Shown: piece by piece, positions 18,471 through 27,359 of the stretch
Layout of the letters: every line of letters starts with the position of its first letter
How positions within the stretch are numbered: position 1 is the stretch's first letter
Assembly (NCBI GenBank): GCA_044376115.1
Contig: JBILLK010000044.1
Coordinates: forward strand, 1 to 47,938
DNA length: 47,938 nucleotides
Direction: 5' to 3'
Source: Polyangiaceae bacterium
Lineage (GTDB): Bacteria; Myxococcota_A; Polyangia; Polyangiales; Polyangiaceae
Notes under the pieces: model-generated
The model's database searches: none
Told to the model about the DNA's origin: nothing
The model's input: the letters and a program-made list of their open reading frames with translations, nothing else
Made by a program: the position numbers and the translations under genes

Positions 18471-19790
18471 CTAGTCGGCGAGCAGCGGGTTCATCTGCTC
18501 GAGGGTGTAGACCGTCTCGTTCACCACCCGCTGCGAGATGGCGCGTGCAACGATCTCCTCGCTGCTCGCGTCGCTTGGCTTGGGTGCGAACACCGACCAG
18601 CCGAGCGCGCGGACGCCCACGGCGGAGGTTACGGTGGCGCCTTCGAGCGCCGCGCCTTCGGCGTAGTAGCTGCTACGGCCGTCCGGCGTCAGCCCGAGCA
18701 AGAGCTCGCCGCGCACGCGTGCGTGAGTGATGTGGCAGGTGATGCAGTCGGAGTCGGAGGCCGAACGAAGGGTTGGATTCTCCAACGCCAACGCTACCTC
18801 GTAGGCCTCTTCAGCCGCACTCTCGTCGCTCACAGCGCCTTTGCCGAATGAGCCGGAAAGGTCGGTCTCCGCGGGCAGGGCAGGTGTGGTGAGCACGTTG
18901 AAGTCGGAGTCGGCCAGGTTTTGGGCGCTGCCCACCGACGTGAGTACCTGCTTGGTCGTCTTGCTGCTGAAGGCTGGAATCTCGAGAGATTCCCATTGTT
19001 CCTGGTCGTTCTTCTCCACCGCACCGAAGGTCCACACCTCACCGCCCATCGCGTTGGGCGTTGGCTCATCGATGGTGATGAAGGTCACCTTGTGGAGCGT
19101 CGATTCACCGGCATAACGCAGAATGATGGCAGCAAGGTCCTGGGCGAATGAGCCGTCGATACCTTGGCCGGCTAACAGTGGATGCACCGAGAGCGGCTCC
19201 GACGCAAAACCGCCATGCGCCTCGCGAGCCTCACGTAGGTCGGAGACCAACGCGAGGAAGGTCGCGTCATCGAGCGGGTAAACAGCGTGAATCGAGGCGT
19301 CCATGATGTCCACCGCGGTGCCGTTTTGCGCGGCCTGAGCCACCTGGAAGATCAACTGAAGTTGGCCGCTACAAGCGTCGTCCTTCAGCGCCGTGTCGTA
19401 GGCACAGTTCGCTCGCGCAGCGACGAGGTAGCAATCTTCGCGGGCGTTTTCGTGTTCGAGCGGATGTGAAACTACGCGCGGGAGTAGCGCAAAAGGCTCC
19501 TCGGGGATCAGCTCGCCCTGGTCCCCGGATGAATCGGCTGTGAGTAAGCTCGAGAGCTTGTCCGGCGAAGGGTAGGGGTAGAGGATGGTTACGTCTTGCG
19601 GCTCGAGTGCTGCGCCGTTCGTGCTGGCTCCGCCGTTGCCCCCGGCTCCTCCCGTTGAACTTGCGCCACCACTGTCCGAGCCGCCGGTGCTCGAGCTCGA
19701 AGTCGTCGAGCAGGCAGTCAAGGCGAGGGCGCTAAGCGCCAACCCCAGCAAACGGCCGGTGGTAAGGAAGCTGTCGTTGCGATCGAACAT
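18471..19790 (-). CDS. Lipoprotein with single CxxCH motif
   Basis: AAGGAG RBS, lipobox ALTAC, Ser/Gly linker, and SDCITCH near the C-terminus. Confidence 0.8.
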   Translation of the reverse strand: MFDRNDSFLTTGRLLGLALSALALTACSTTSSSSTGGSDSGGASSTGGAGGNGGASTNGAALEPQDVTILYPYPSPDKLSSLLTADSSGDQGELIPEEPFALLPRVVSHPLEHENAREDCYLVAARANCAYDTALKDDACSGQLQLIFQVAQAAQNGTAVDIMDASIHAVYPLDDATFLALVSDLREAREAHGGFASEPLSVHPLLAGQGIDGSFAQDLAAIILRYAGESTLHKVTFITIDEPTPNAMGGEVWTFGAVEKNDQEQWESLEIPAFSSKTTKQVLTSVGSAQNLADSDFNVLTTPALPAETDLSGSFGKGAVSDESAAEEAYEVALALENPTLRSASDSDCITCHITHARVRGELLLGLTPDGRSSYYAEGAALEGATVTSAVGVRALGWSVFAPKPSDASSEEIVARAISQRVVNETVYTLEQMNPLLAD

Positions 19791-19967
19791 GGGGACTCCT
19801 TCTGGAAGTTGCGAACGAGCTGTGGCTCGCTCGTTCGCCTCGGAATCCCCGGTTCCTACCGCCTTGATGTAAGGCCCTCGTTTGGCAACTGTGTTGGAAG
19901 GTAAAGGAAGGACTCGCTGTCTGCGGCCGTGACTCGGATGATTCCGCGTTACCCTGCCTCTACCGCC

Positions 19968-20552
19968 GTGGAAGTAACCACCACCTTTGATGCAGGATCA
20001 CGCGCCGCATGGCGAGCCTGGCTTGAACAGCACCACGCGAGCGAACGCGAGATTTGGCTGCTCTTGCGGCGCGGTGCACCGGGCGCGACCACTTACTTGG
20101 ACGCTGTGCTCGAGGGCCTTTGCTTCGGCTGGATCGATGGCATCGCGAAGCGCCACGGCGACGCGACGGCCCAACGCTTCACCCCGCGCAGGCCGCGCAG
20201 TAACTGGACCGAGCTCAACAAGGAGCGCGCTCGTAGGCTGATCCGCGAGGGCCGCATGACCGAGGCGGGGCTACGCGTCCTGCCCGACCTGCGCGAGCTG
20301 CCGGTGGTGGTCCCCTCGGACATTCGCGAGCGGCTGCTGGCCCTACCAGGCGCGCTGCGGCACTTCGAGTCGTTCCCACCGCTATATCAGCGCGTCCGCA
20401 TTGGGAACATTGAAGAGGTGCGCAAGCCCAACCCAGCCGAGTGGCAGAAGCGTCTGGAGAACTTCTTGAGCAAGACCGCCAAGGGCATGATGTACGGCAA
20501 CTGGGATGACTCGGGGCTGCCTACGAGTGAGTCGGAGAGGGGGAACTCATGA
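19968..20552 (+). CDS. YdeI/OmpD-associated family protein
   Basis: RAAWRAWLEQHH, LCFGWIDG and QRFTPRRPRSNWTELNKER motifs. GTG 19968 chosen as start; 19938 is possible. Confidence 0.85.
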   Translation: MEVTTTFDAGSRAAWRAWLEQHHASEREIWLLLRRGAPGATTYLDAVLEGLCFGWIDGIAKRHGDATAQRFTPRRPRSNWTELNKERARRLIREGRMTEAGLRVLPDLRELPVVVPSDIRERLLALPGALRHFESFPPLYQRVRIGNIEEVRKPNPAEWQKRLENFLSKTAKGMMYGNWDDSGLPTSESERGNS

Positions 20553-21220
20553 GCCTCGTCGTGGTTGTATTCCTGGGCCTGGCCCTGGTCGCGGCGGGGT
20601 GGCTGTTCTTGCAACGGCCAGACATTGCATGGCGCCACAGGCTTTGGACCAACCGCGCGAGTGGGATCACCGCCAACGAGCGCACGCCAGAGTGGGAGCG
20701 GGTGAATCGCTTCAACGGTTATCTGTGCTTGATCTCAGGTCTTGTGATGCTGACGGGGCTACTGATCGTGTGGGTGATCATGTACCGCCCAACGCCGCCG
20801 TTCGCGGCCTTCGATGAATTCGCGGTGACCTGCCGTCCCGATGGAGTGGAGTTCGTGCACCGTGGCTCACGGGCGAAGCAGATCGAACTGGAGGGGATCC
20901 AAGCCGCGCCCAAAGGCCTGCAGATCAATCACCTGGACTGGGAGGGCAGGCCGGTGATCGTGGCGCCGGATACGCAGGGCGTCGTGCCGATGCAGGCCGC
21001 AACAAAGACCAGCCTGAAGCTCGCGCCGGGCGAGACGCAACGGCTCCCGTTGAGCTTCCCGCCGGGCGCTGAATGCAAAGGGTCCTTCCCTGGCTTGATG
21101 AGCCCAAACGATCCAACCCGTGGCTGTGAGGCGTTTGAGTTTCGTCAGAAGATCGTGGACAGCGAAACAGGGGAGGTCGAGTTGGACGTTTGGCGCCGCT
21201 GCGTTTTTGCAGCTCGGTAA
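20549..21220 (+). CDS. Hypothetical membrane protein
   Basis: ATGA overlap with the upstream gene. Two TM segments then a soluble domain. Confidence 0.7.
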   Translation: MSLVVVVFLGLALVAAGWLFLQRPDIAWRHRLWTNRASGITANERTPEWERVNRFNGYLCLISGLVMLTGLLIVWVIMYRPTPPFAAFDEFAVTCRPDGVEFVHRGSRAKQIELEGIQAAPKGLQINHLDWEGRPVIVAPDTQGVVPMQAATKTSLKLAPGETQRLPLSFPPGAECKGSFPGLMSPNDPTRGCEAFEFRQKIVDSETGEVELDVWRRCVFAAR

Positions 21221-21247
21221 GGCTGCCGCTCCCGGCACGAGGCCGCA

Positions 21248-21712
21248 CTACGGACGGCGCACCACGAATTCGGTCACAGGTTTGCCCGCGACGTAGCGCT
21301 GGTCCACGAGCGTAATCTCGAAGCCTTCCCACGAATGGTTGGTCAGGCTCGCCACGCCGGGCGAGGGCTTGGTGAACCAGAGCTCGGTGGTCTTGCCGGC
21401 GAAGGAGGCGGTCACGGCGATCCGCGTGATCGCTATCGCGGGCGTGGAGATACCAGGTTCCGGTGGCTCGCCGCCGCTGAAGGAGCTCCGCGTATTGGTG
21501 AGCGAGAGTCCTGACGCTGTAACGCGTGGCACCCCTTCGAGCAGCTCGATGCGCTCGCCGCCCGTGGTTGCTGCGGTAGGGGATGTTGGGGGCGGCGGCG
21601 GCGGCGGGCTCCAGTTCGCTGGGCCGTAGTAGGGCGGTGGCTTCTTGCTGCCCGCACAAGCCGCCACGAGCGCTGCAAGTAGAAGGACCAAAAGAGAAGG
21701 GCCGCGAGTCAT
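21248..21712 (-). CDS. Hypothetical lipoprotein
   Basis: Lipobox LVAAC and a poly-Pro linker. Confidence 0.7.
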   Translation of the reverse strand: MTRGPSLLVLLLAALVAACAGSKKPPPYYGPANWSPPPPPPPTSPTAATTGGERIELLEGVPRVTASGLSLTNTRSSFSGGEPPEPGISTPAIAITRIAVTASFAGKTTELWFTKPSPGVASLTNHSWEGFEITLVDQRYVAGKPVTEFVVRRP

Positions 21713-21811
21713 CGGCCGTCCATGACTCGGACGGGGACGAGAAGCCAGCGGTCTCGCACGTCGCCGTTACGCCAGGTGCTTGAAAGTTCAATCGCCGCCG
21801 AGTGATCCGCC

Positions 21812-22939
21812 TCAGCCAGCAGCTCGCCGCTCGACCTCGATCCAGTCGTCGAGCGAGAGTTCACTGCTGTAGCCCTGCACGACGTCACGACCCTCGCGTT
21901 CCTCGAGCTCCTCGATGGTCGTCGTAAGCCAACGGACGGGGAGCGCGTGTTCGAGCTCCCGCCCGATGGCCTGATCGCGCGGCCGGCCTCTACGCGAGGC
22001 GCGGGCTTTGAATTCTCCGAGTAGATCCTCCTCGATCACCTCGGCCAGCTCGTCGAGCGAGAGCCGCCAGGACGAAAGCCGCAGCTCGCGCAGCTGCGAT
22101 AGCCGTGGCGCGGCTGCGAGCAGCGTACGCAACGCCGCCTCCGACGCGTCCCAACCGCCCAAATCGAGCGACTCGAGCGACTCGAGCCACGGGCTCGCGA
22201 GCAGCGCTGCGATCACGGCGTCTCCCTGCCGATTGGGCTTGGTTCGATCGGCGATCAGGCCGAGATGCCGCAGCTTCCCGAAGCCTGGGCTGGCGAGCAG
22301 CGTCGCCGCATCGTTGGCACGGGCCACGCGGACGATCAGCGTCTCCAGCTTTGGGAGCGACCCGCGGGCGATGGCGCCGACCACCGGCCCGGCCGAGCTG
22401 CCGACCACCAGCGTGCGCAGCTTGGGCGCGACCACCTTCCCGAGCTTGAGCTTGGACCCCTGCGCGATGATCAGCTGCTCGAGGTCGGGCGCGACAGCCC
22501 ACAGCTTCGATAGATCGCCAACGTCGATCATTGCGGGGCCAGTTTGCCCAACCCGTAGATGCGAAAGTTGTGGCACAGCATCGCCCCGCGAAGGCGCGCG
22601 CGGCATCGTATGCCCGTCGAGTTCGAGCACACGCAGCGCAGGGCGCGGGCGCTTCAGCAGGTGCTTGAGGAACGCCGCGTGACTGCCCCAACAGCCGTGA
22701 TTGCCCTCCCATTGCACCGGACACTCGAGCACGAGCTGTTCAAGCTGCGCGGCCTCCGGCGTGTCGATCAGACGGTAGAGTTCGGCGCCAGGGAGGTTAG
22801 CGAGCTTGCCTTCGGCGGGATCGTAGTGGTCGGGATCATAGCCACGGAGCTCATCGTCGTCTTCGTCGGGCCCTGCGGGACGAAAGGCGATCGAGCGGAT
22901 GGCGTTGCCTTCACGGACGACCTCGAGTTCTTCGCTCAT
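21812..22939 (-). CDS. Leucine-rich-repeat-like protein
   Basis: Repeated LxxLxL motifs (LRVLEL, LEQLII, LRTLVV, LETLIV, LRHLGL, LESLDL, LRELRL). Confidence 0.75.
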   Translation of the reverse strand: MSEELEVVREGNAIRSIAFRPAGPDEDDDELRGYDPDHYDPAEGKLANLPGAELYRLIDTPEAAQLEQLVLECPVQWEGNHGCWGSHAAFLKHLLKRPRPALRVLELDGHTMPRAPSRGDAVPQLSHLRVGQTGPAMIDVGDLSKLWAVAPDLEQLIIAQGSKLKLGKVVAPKLRTLVVGSSAGPVVGAIARGSLPKLETLIVRVARANDAATLLASPGFGKLRHLGLIADRTKPNRQGDAVIAALLASPWLESLESLDLGGWDASEAALRTLLAAAPRLSQLRELRLSSWRLSLDELAEVIEEDLLGEFKARASRRGRPRDQAIGRELEHALPVRWLTTTIEELEEREGRDVVQGYSSELSLDDWIEVERRAAG

Positions 22940-22990
22940 ACGCTAGGCATAAGGGATCGTCGTGCGCGTTGGAAGCTGCGCCGAATGAGG

Positions 22991-24010
22991 CTAGCTGGCG
23001 GCGGACGTGAGCGTGAACTCGCCGTGATCGTAGACCACCGCGTCGTCGAGCAGCACGCGATCGGTGATGACGAAGGAGTCCACGTGATAGCGGTTCTCGC
23101 GGTGATTGAGCTGCGGCTTCTTGTAAACGCCGTGCCGCGCGCCGAGCGAAAGGTGCACGCCGCAGACCCGCTCGAAGGCGCCGACATCGGCGACCGTGCG
23201 CTCGCGTGAGAAGGCGCGGTTCATGCCGAAGCCGAGCTCGCGCACCCATACTTCGCCTTCGCCCTCGCGGATCAGCGCCAGCACCTGGTCGAACTCGCTC
23301 GTGGAGTTGACGGTATCCACGATGCGCCCAGCTTCGATCACCAGGGTGATCGGCTCAGGCGGGAGGTTGAGCTTAAAGGCTGTATCGGCGAAGCCGTAGA
23401 TCTTGGTGCGGCCGTGCACACTCTCGAGCACGCGCGCCTCAGTGAAGACCTCGCCGATCGGGAACTGACTGCCGATGTTCTTTAACCCAGCGAAGTCGCC
23501 GATGTTGAGCTTGGCCTCCTCCAGCGCGCCGTAATGCAGGACCTCTCCGTCACTCTCGATACGGGCGCTTTGTGCGACGTCCACGCGCGCCTTGAGCGCA
23601 TGCCCGATGTCGCGATAGTAGGCCGGATCGTAGGCCATCGCGGCGACGTAGTACTCGATCTCGTGCGGCTCCATCCGCTCCAAGTTGGAGTGCTCGATCA
23701 CCTTCACTCCGCGGCGATAGAGCTCCACCCGGGTGCGAAACTCCGGCATGCGCAACACGCTCGATTGCACGAGCACCACCAACGCTTGCGCCTCGAGCGC
23801 CTCGAGCTCGGCCTTGACCGCCTCCGGCGCCATTTGGTCGAAGGAGATGTGCCGAGCCGTGGGCAGCCCTTCGCTGTAGGCGCGAAACAGCAGTCGCGAC
23901 AGCTCGGTGCGCTCGTCAGCTACCACGATGGCAGGGTGCTCACCCTTGTGGTCCATCGCGATCGCGAGCGTGTCCTTCACGTTTTTTGCTGCCAGCTCAG
24001 CCAGGCTCAT
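22991..24010 (-). CDS. M29/aminopeptidase T-like metallopeptidase
   Basis: PIGEVFTE, ELGFGMN, ERVCGVHLSLG and YHVD match the M29-type C-terminal ligand pattern. ATG at 24010. Confidence 0.7.
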   Translation of the reverse strand: MSLAELAAKNVKDTLAIAMDHKGEHPAIVVADERTELSRLLFRAYSEGLPTARHISFDQMAPEAVKAELEALEAQALVVLVQSSVLRMPEFRTRVELYRRGVKVIEHSNLERMEPHEIEYYVAAMAYDPAYYRDIGHALKARVDVAQSARIESDGEVLHYGALEEAKLNIGDFAGLKNIGSQFPIGEVFTEARVLESVHGRTKIYGFADTAFKLNLPPEPITLVIEAGRIVDTVNSTSEFDQVLALIREGEGEVWVRELGFGMNRAFSRERTVADVGAFERVCGVHLSLGARHGVYKKPQLNHRENRYHVDSFVITDRVLLDDAVVYDHGEFTLTSAAS

Positions 24011-24057
24011 AGGCCGGCCTTGTAGCACCTCGAGTGGCGGGCGAGGGTGGTGACAGA

Positions 24058-26052
24058 ATGGCGCCGATCGATGACTCAGGGGGCAAGAAGCCAAGTCGCA
24101 TCTCGCGACGCGACTTCGAGAAGCTGGGCCTTGCCGCAGGAGTTTCGGCGGTGGCTGGTTGCTCCGGCGCGCCGGTGCGGCCCGAGCCGATCGCCGTTGC
24201 TTGCGGGCCGGAGGCCGGGGAGGAGGGCGATTATGTGATCGTTGGCTCGGGAGCCGGGGGCGGGCCGCTTGCGGCCAACTTGGCTCGGGCCGGCTTCAAG
24301 GTGGTGCTGCTCGAGGCCGGTGGCGACAGCCCCGGCCTGGTGCGCGACGTGCCGGCGCTGCACGCGGCCTCGGTCGAGCATGCCGACATGCGTTGGGATT
24401 TTTACGCCCGCACCTACGCAAACCCCATTCAACAAGCGCGCAACGAGAAGTTCGTCGCGGCGCAAGACGGCGTGCTCTATCCGCGCGCGGGCACGCTGGG
24501 TGGCTGCACCGAGCACAACGCGCTGATCACCATCTACCCGCATAACGCCGATTGGGACGAGATGGCCGCGAGCCTGGATGACCCGAGCTGGTCGGCGAGC
24601 GAGATGCGCAAGTACTTCGAGCGGCTGGAGCATTGCAACTACGCGCCGGAGCCCGCGCCGAACGGCGATAACCCGAGTCGGCATGGCTTCGGCGGTTGGC
24701 TGCATACCGAGGTCGCCAGTGTGTCGCTTGGGCTTTGGGATCGGCGCTTGGTCGGCATCATCGACGCGACCGTCGAGCATGCGGCGGAAGGCAACCCCCA
24801 CGTCTTCGCCGACGCCTTCTCGATGGCGCTCACACCCGGTCGCTCGCTCTGGGATCCGAACGACGCGCGCTCGGTCGCGGCCGTGCCGGAGGGCGTGGTG
24901 TTCGTCCCGCTGCACGTCAATCACGGCACTCGCAGCGGCCCGCGCGAATACCTGCAAGCGGTGGCGGCCCAGTGCCCGACGAACCTCAACATCGTGCTGC
25001 ACGCTCTGGCGACGCGGGTGCTCTTGGACGAAGACCAGCGAGCGACCGGCGTGGAGTATCTGGTTGGGCCGAAGCTTTATCGCGCGAGCGGCGTTGCGGC
25101 CCCAGAGGGCCAGCCCGGCGAACGGCGCACTGTGCTGGCCAAGCGTGAGGTGATCGTCTGTGGCGGGGTCTTCAATAGCCCGCAGTTGCTGCTTTTGTCG
25201 GGCATCGGGCCGCGCGCCGATTTGGAGGCGCTCGGCCTCGAGGTGCGAGTGGAGCTGCCCGGCGTCGGTAAGAACCTGCAGGACCGTTATGAGCTCGGGG
25301 TGATCAGCGAGATGGATCGCGACTTCGACGTGCTCGATGGCACGCGCTTCGACCCGGACAGCGCAGAGCCGGACGAGCGGCTGCAAGAGTGGCAGCACGA
25401 CCGCAGCGGGCCCTACTCGACCAACGGCGTGGTGTGTGCGTTGATCCAGCGCTCCAAGCCTGAAGTGCCGCTGCCCGACCTGTTTCTGTTCGGTTTGGTG
25501 GGCGCCTTCAAAGGGTATTACCGCGGCTACGCCCGTGACCTCGTCGCCAAGCGCAACCTCTTTACCTGGGGCATCCTCAAAGCGCATACCCACAATACCG
25601 CCGGCGAGGTTCGACTGCGCTCGGCCGACCCGCGCGACCCACCGCTGATCAACTTCCACTACTTCGAAGAAGGTTCGCCCGGCGCCGAGGAGGATCTCTC
25701 GGCCATGGTCGAGGGCGTGCGCTCGGTGCGCAAGATCATGCGGGCGCTGGGGGACGGTGTGGTGCGCGAGGTTTTCCCCGGCCCAGCCGTCGAAACACCG
25801 GCCCAGATCGCGCAACTCGTGCGCGATCAGGCTTGGGGACATCACGCTTCCTGCAGCAACAAGATGGGCCCGCGCAGCGACGCGATGGCGGTGGTCGATG
25901 CGCGTTTTCGCGTGCACGGCACCAAAGGTCTGCGCGTCGTCGACGCTTCGGTCTTCCCGAAGATCCCCGGCTTCTTCATCGTGACCTCGGTCTACATGAT
26001 CGCCGAAAAGGCCAGCGACGTGATCCTCGAGGACGCTCGCTCGAGCGGCTGA
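24058..26052 (+). CDS. GMC oxidoreductase (choline dehydrogenase-like) with Tat/lipoprotein signal
   Basis: DYVIVGSGAGG, YPRAGTLGGC, SPQLLLLSGIG, VGKNLQDR, WGHHASC, GLRVVDASVFP. N-terminus SRRDFEK...VAGC. Confidence 0.92.
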   Translation: MAPIDDSGGKKPSRISRRDFEKLGLAAGVSAVAGCSGAPVRPEPIAVACGPEAGEEGDYVIVGSGAGGGPLAANLARAGFKVVLLEAGGDSPGLVRDVPALHAASVEHADMRWDFYARTYANPIQQARNEKFVAAQDGVLYPRAGTLGGCTEHNALITIYPHNADWDEMAASLDDPSWSASEMRKYFERLEHCNYAPEPAPNGDNPSRHGFGGWLHTEVASVSLGLWDRRLVGIIDATVEHAAEGNPHVFADAFSMALTPGRSLWDPNDARSVAAVPEGVVFVPLHVNHGTRSGPREYLQAVAAQCPTNLNIVLHALATRVLLDEDQRATGVEYLVGPKLYRASGVAAPEGQPGERRTVLAKREVIVCGGVFNSPQLLLLSGIGPRADLEALGLEVRVELPGVGKNLQDRYELGVISEMDRDFDVLDGTRFDPDSAEPDERLQEWQHDRSGPYSTNGVVCALIQRSKPEVPLPDLFLFGLVGAFKGYYRGYARDLVAKRNLFTWGILKAHTHNTAGEVRLRSADPRDPPLINFHYFEEGSPGAEEDLSAMVEGVRSVRKIMRALGDGVVREVFPGPAVETPAQIAQLVRDQAWGHHASCSNKMGPRSDAMAVVDARFRVHGTKGLRVVDASVFPKIPGFFIVTSVYMIAEKASDVILEDARSSG

Positions 26053-26102
26053 ACTCGAGTCGAACCGCTCGGCTAGTCGGCGCGCCGGTGTACGCTGACT
26101 GT

Positions 26103-26999
26103 GTGGGGCGCTTAGACGAGTTGGTTCGTGACGTGTCGTTGTCCCACGCCGGGCGTCCTGCGGCGTGGGCCGTGCGCGTAGTGGTGCGCTGGGTATGGCC
26201 GGTGGTCCGCACCATGTACCGACCGACGATTCGCGGCCTCGAGCATCTGCCGCAGCGTGGAGCCTATCTGCTCGTGGCCAATCACTCTGCGGGCCTCGGC
26301 TTGGCGGAGCTCAGCTGTTTCGCTGCGCTGTATCTACGCGAGGTAGGGCCAGAGCGCCCGCTCGCCGGCTTCGCGCATCCGCGGGCCTTCGGCGTGTGGC
26401 CCACCTCGGTCATTCATCCGGCGCTGGGGATGGTGCCTTCAACCTACGCAGCAGCCGAAGCCACTCTCGCGCAAGGCGTGCCGCTGCTGATCTTGCCGGG
26501 AGGTGACCACGAGACGATGAGGCCGATCAGCCAAGCCAACCAGGTCGATCTTGGAGGAAGGCTCGGCTTCTTGCGCATCGCGCGTCGCGCGGGTGTGCCC
26601 GTCGTCCCGCTTGGGATCCGCGGCAGTCACTTCACCGCGCCGATTCTCCTTCGCTCTAGGCTCTTGGCCAGCTTGTTGGTGCTGCCGCGTTGGGTGTTCG
26701 GCGTGAAGCGTTGGGGTATCAGTTTGCTCGCCGTGATCGGCGCGTTGGGCGTGGCCATGTTGCCGTGGAGCTGGCCCGTGCGGCTCGTGCTCATCTTCTT
26801 GTGGCTGGGCTCGCCATTGACCTTCCTACCGATCATCCCGTGGCGTTTGCGTTTTGCCGTTGGGCCAGCGATCGACCTCACGTGGAGCGAGGCGCCTGAG
26901 GCCGAGGACTCGGAGGTGGCCCAGGCGCTGCCGAAGGTGCAGAGCGAACTTCAGCGTTTGGTGGACTCGCTGGGCAGCGGACCAAGCGACCCCACGTAG
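26103..26999 (+). CDS. Lysophospholipid/glycerol acyltransferase family protein
   Basis: GLEHLP, LLVANHS, ILPGG and GFLRIARRAGVPVVP. GTG start at 26103 is inferred. Confidence 0.85.
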   Translation: MGRLDELVRDVSLSHAGRPAAWAVRVVVRWVWPVVRTMYRPTIRGLEHLPQRGAYLLVANHSAGLGLAELSCFAALYLREVGPERPLAGFAHPRAFGVWPTSVIHPALGMVPSTYAAAEATLAQGVPLLILPGGDHETMRPISQANQVDLGGRLGFLRIARRAGVPVVPLGIRGSHFTAPILLRSRLLASLLVLPRWVFGVKRWGISLLAVIGALGVAMLPWSWPVRLVLIFLWLGSPLTFLPIIPWRLRFAVGPAIDLTWSEAPEAEDSEVAQALPKVQSELQRLVDSLGSGPSDPT

Positions 27000-27020
27000 G
27001 GCCCGCCCAGTTGTTGCCCG

Positions 27021-27259
27021 CACGCAGCGCGCCGCTGCGACAGATCGGCCCGTCTCACGGTGACACCGGCCGATGTGTCGCATCCAGGGTGGATGCTGGC
27101 CGCTTCGCAGCGCCGCCGTGCGACATTGCGGCCCGTCTGACCGTGACACCGACCGATCTGTCGCATCCGCGGCGCATCCCGGGAGCACGCGGGCTGTAGA
27201 GCCGCGCCGCCGTGCGACATTGCGGCCCGTCTGACCGTGACACCGGCCGATCTGTCGCT
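27021..27259. repeat. Array of 3 REP-like palindromic units
   Basis: 47-bp cores TGCGACA...GGCCCGTCT(C/G)AC(G/C)GTGACACC...TGTCGC at 27036, 27119 and 27213. Same family as 37112-37448 in reverse orientation. Confidence 0.9.
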
Positions 27260-27359
27260 ACCCTGAGCCATGGACATCGGCATCGCGATGGAGCTCGAGG
27301 TCGAGCAGCTCAATGAGGCCTTCGCTCAGCTGCTCCCCGGCCCTACGCCGATGGCCCCG

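Noticed and set aside
19791..19967. Riboswitch in the divergent intergenic region
   Set aside because: One hairpin only, with no conserved aptamer motif that I can recognise.
24076..25917. 613-aa antisense ORF (also 10713-11984, 7657-8655, 41073-41912 and similar)
   Set aside because: Shadow ORFs opposite well-supported genes, expected from high-GC codon bias.
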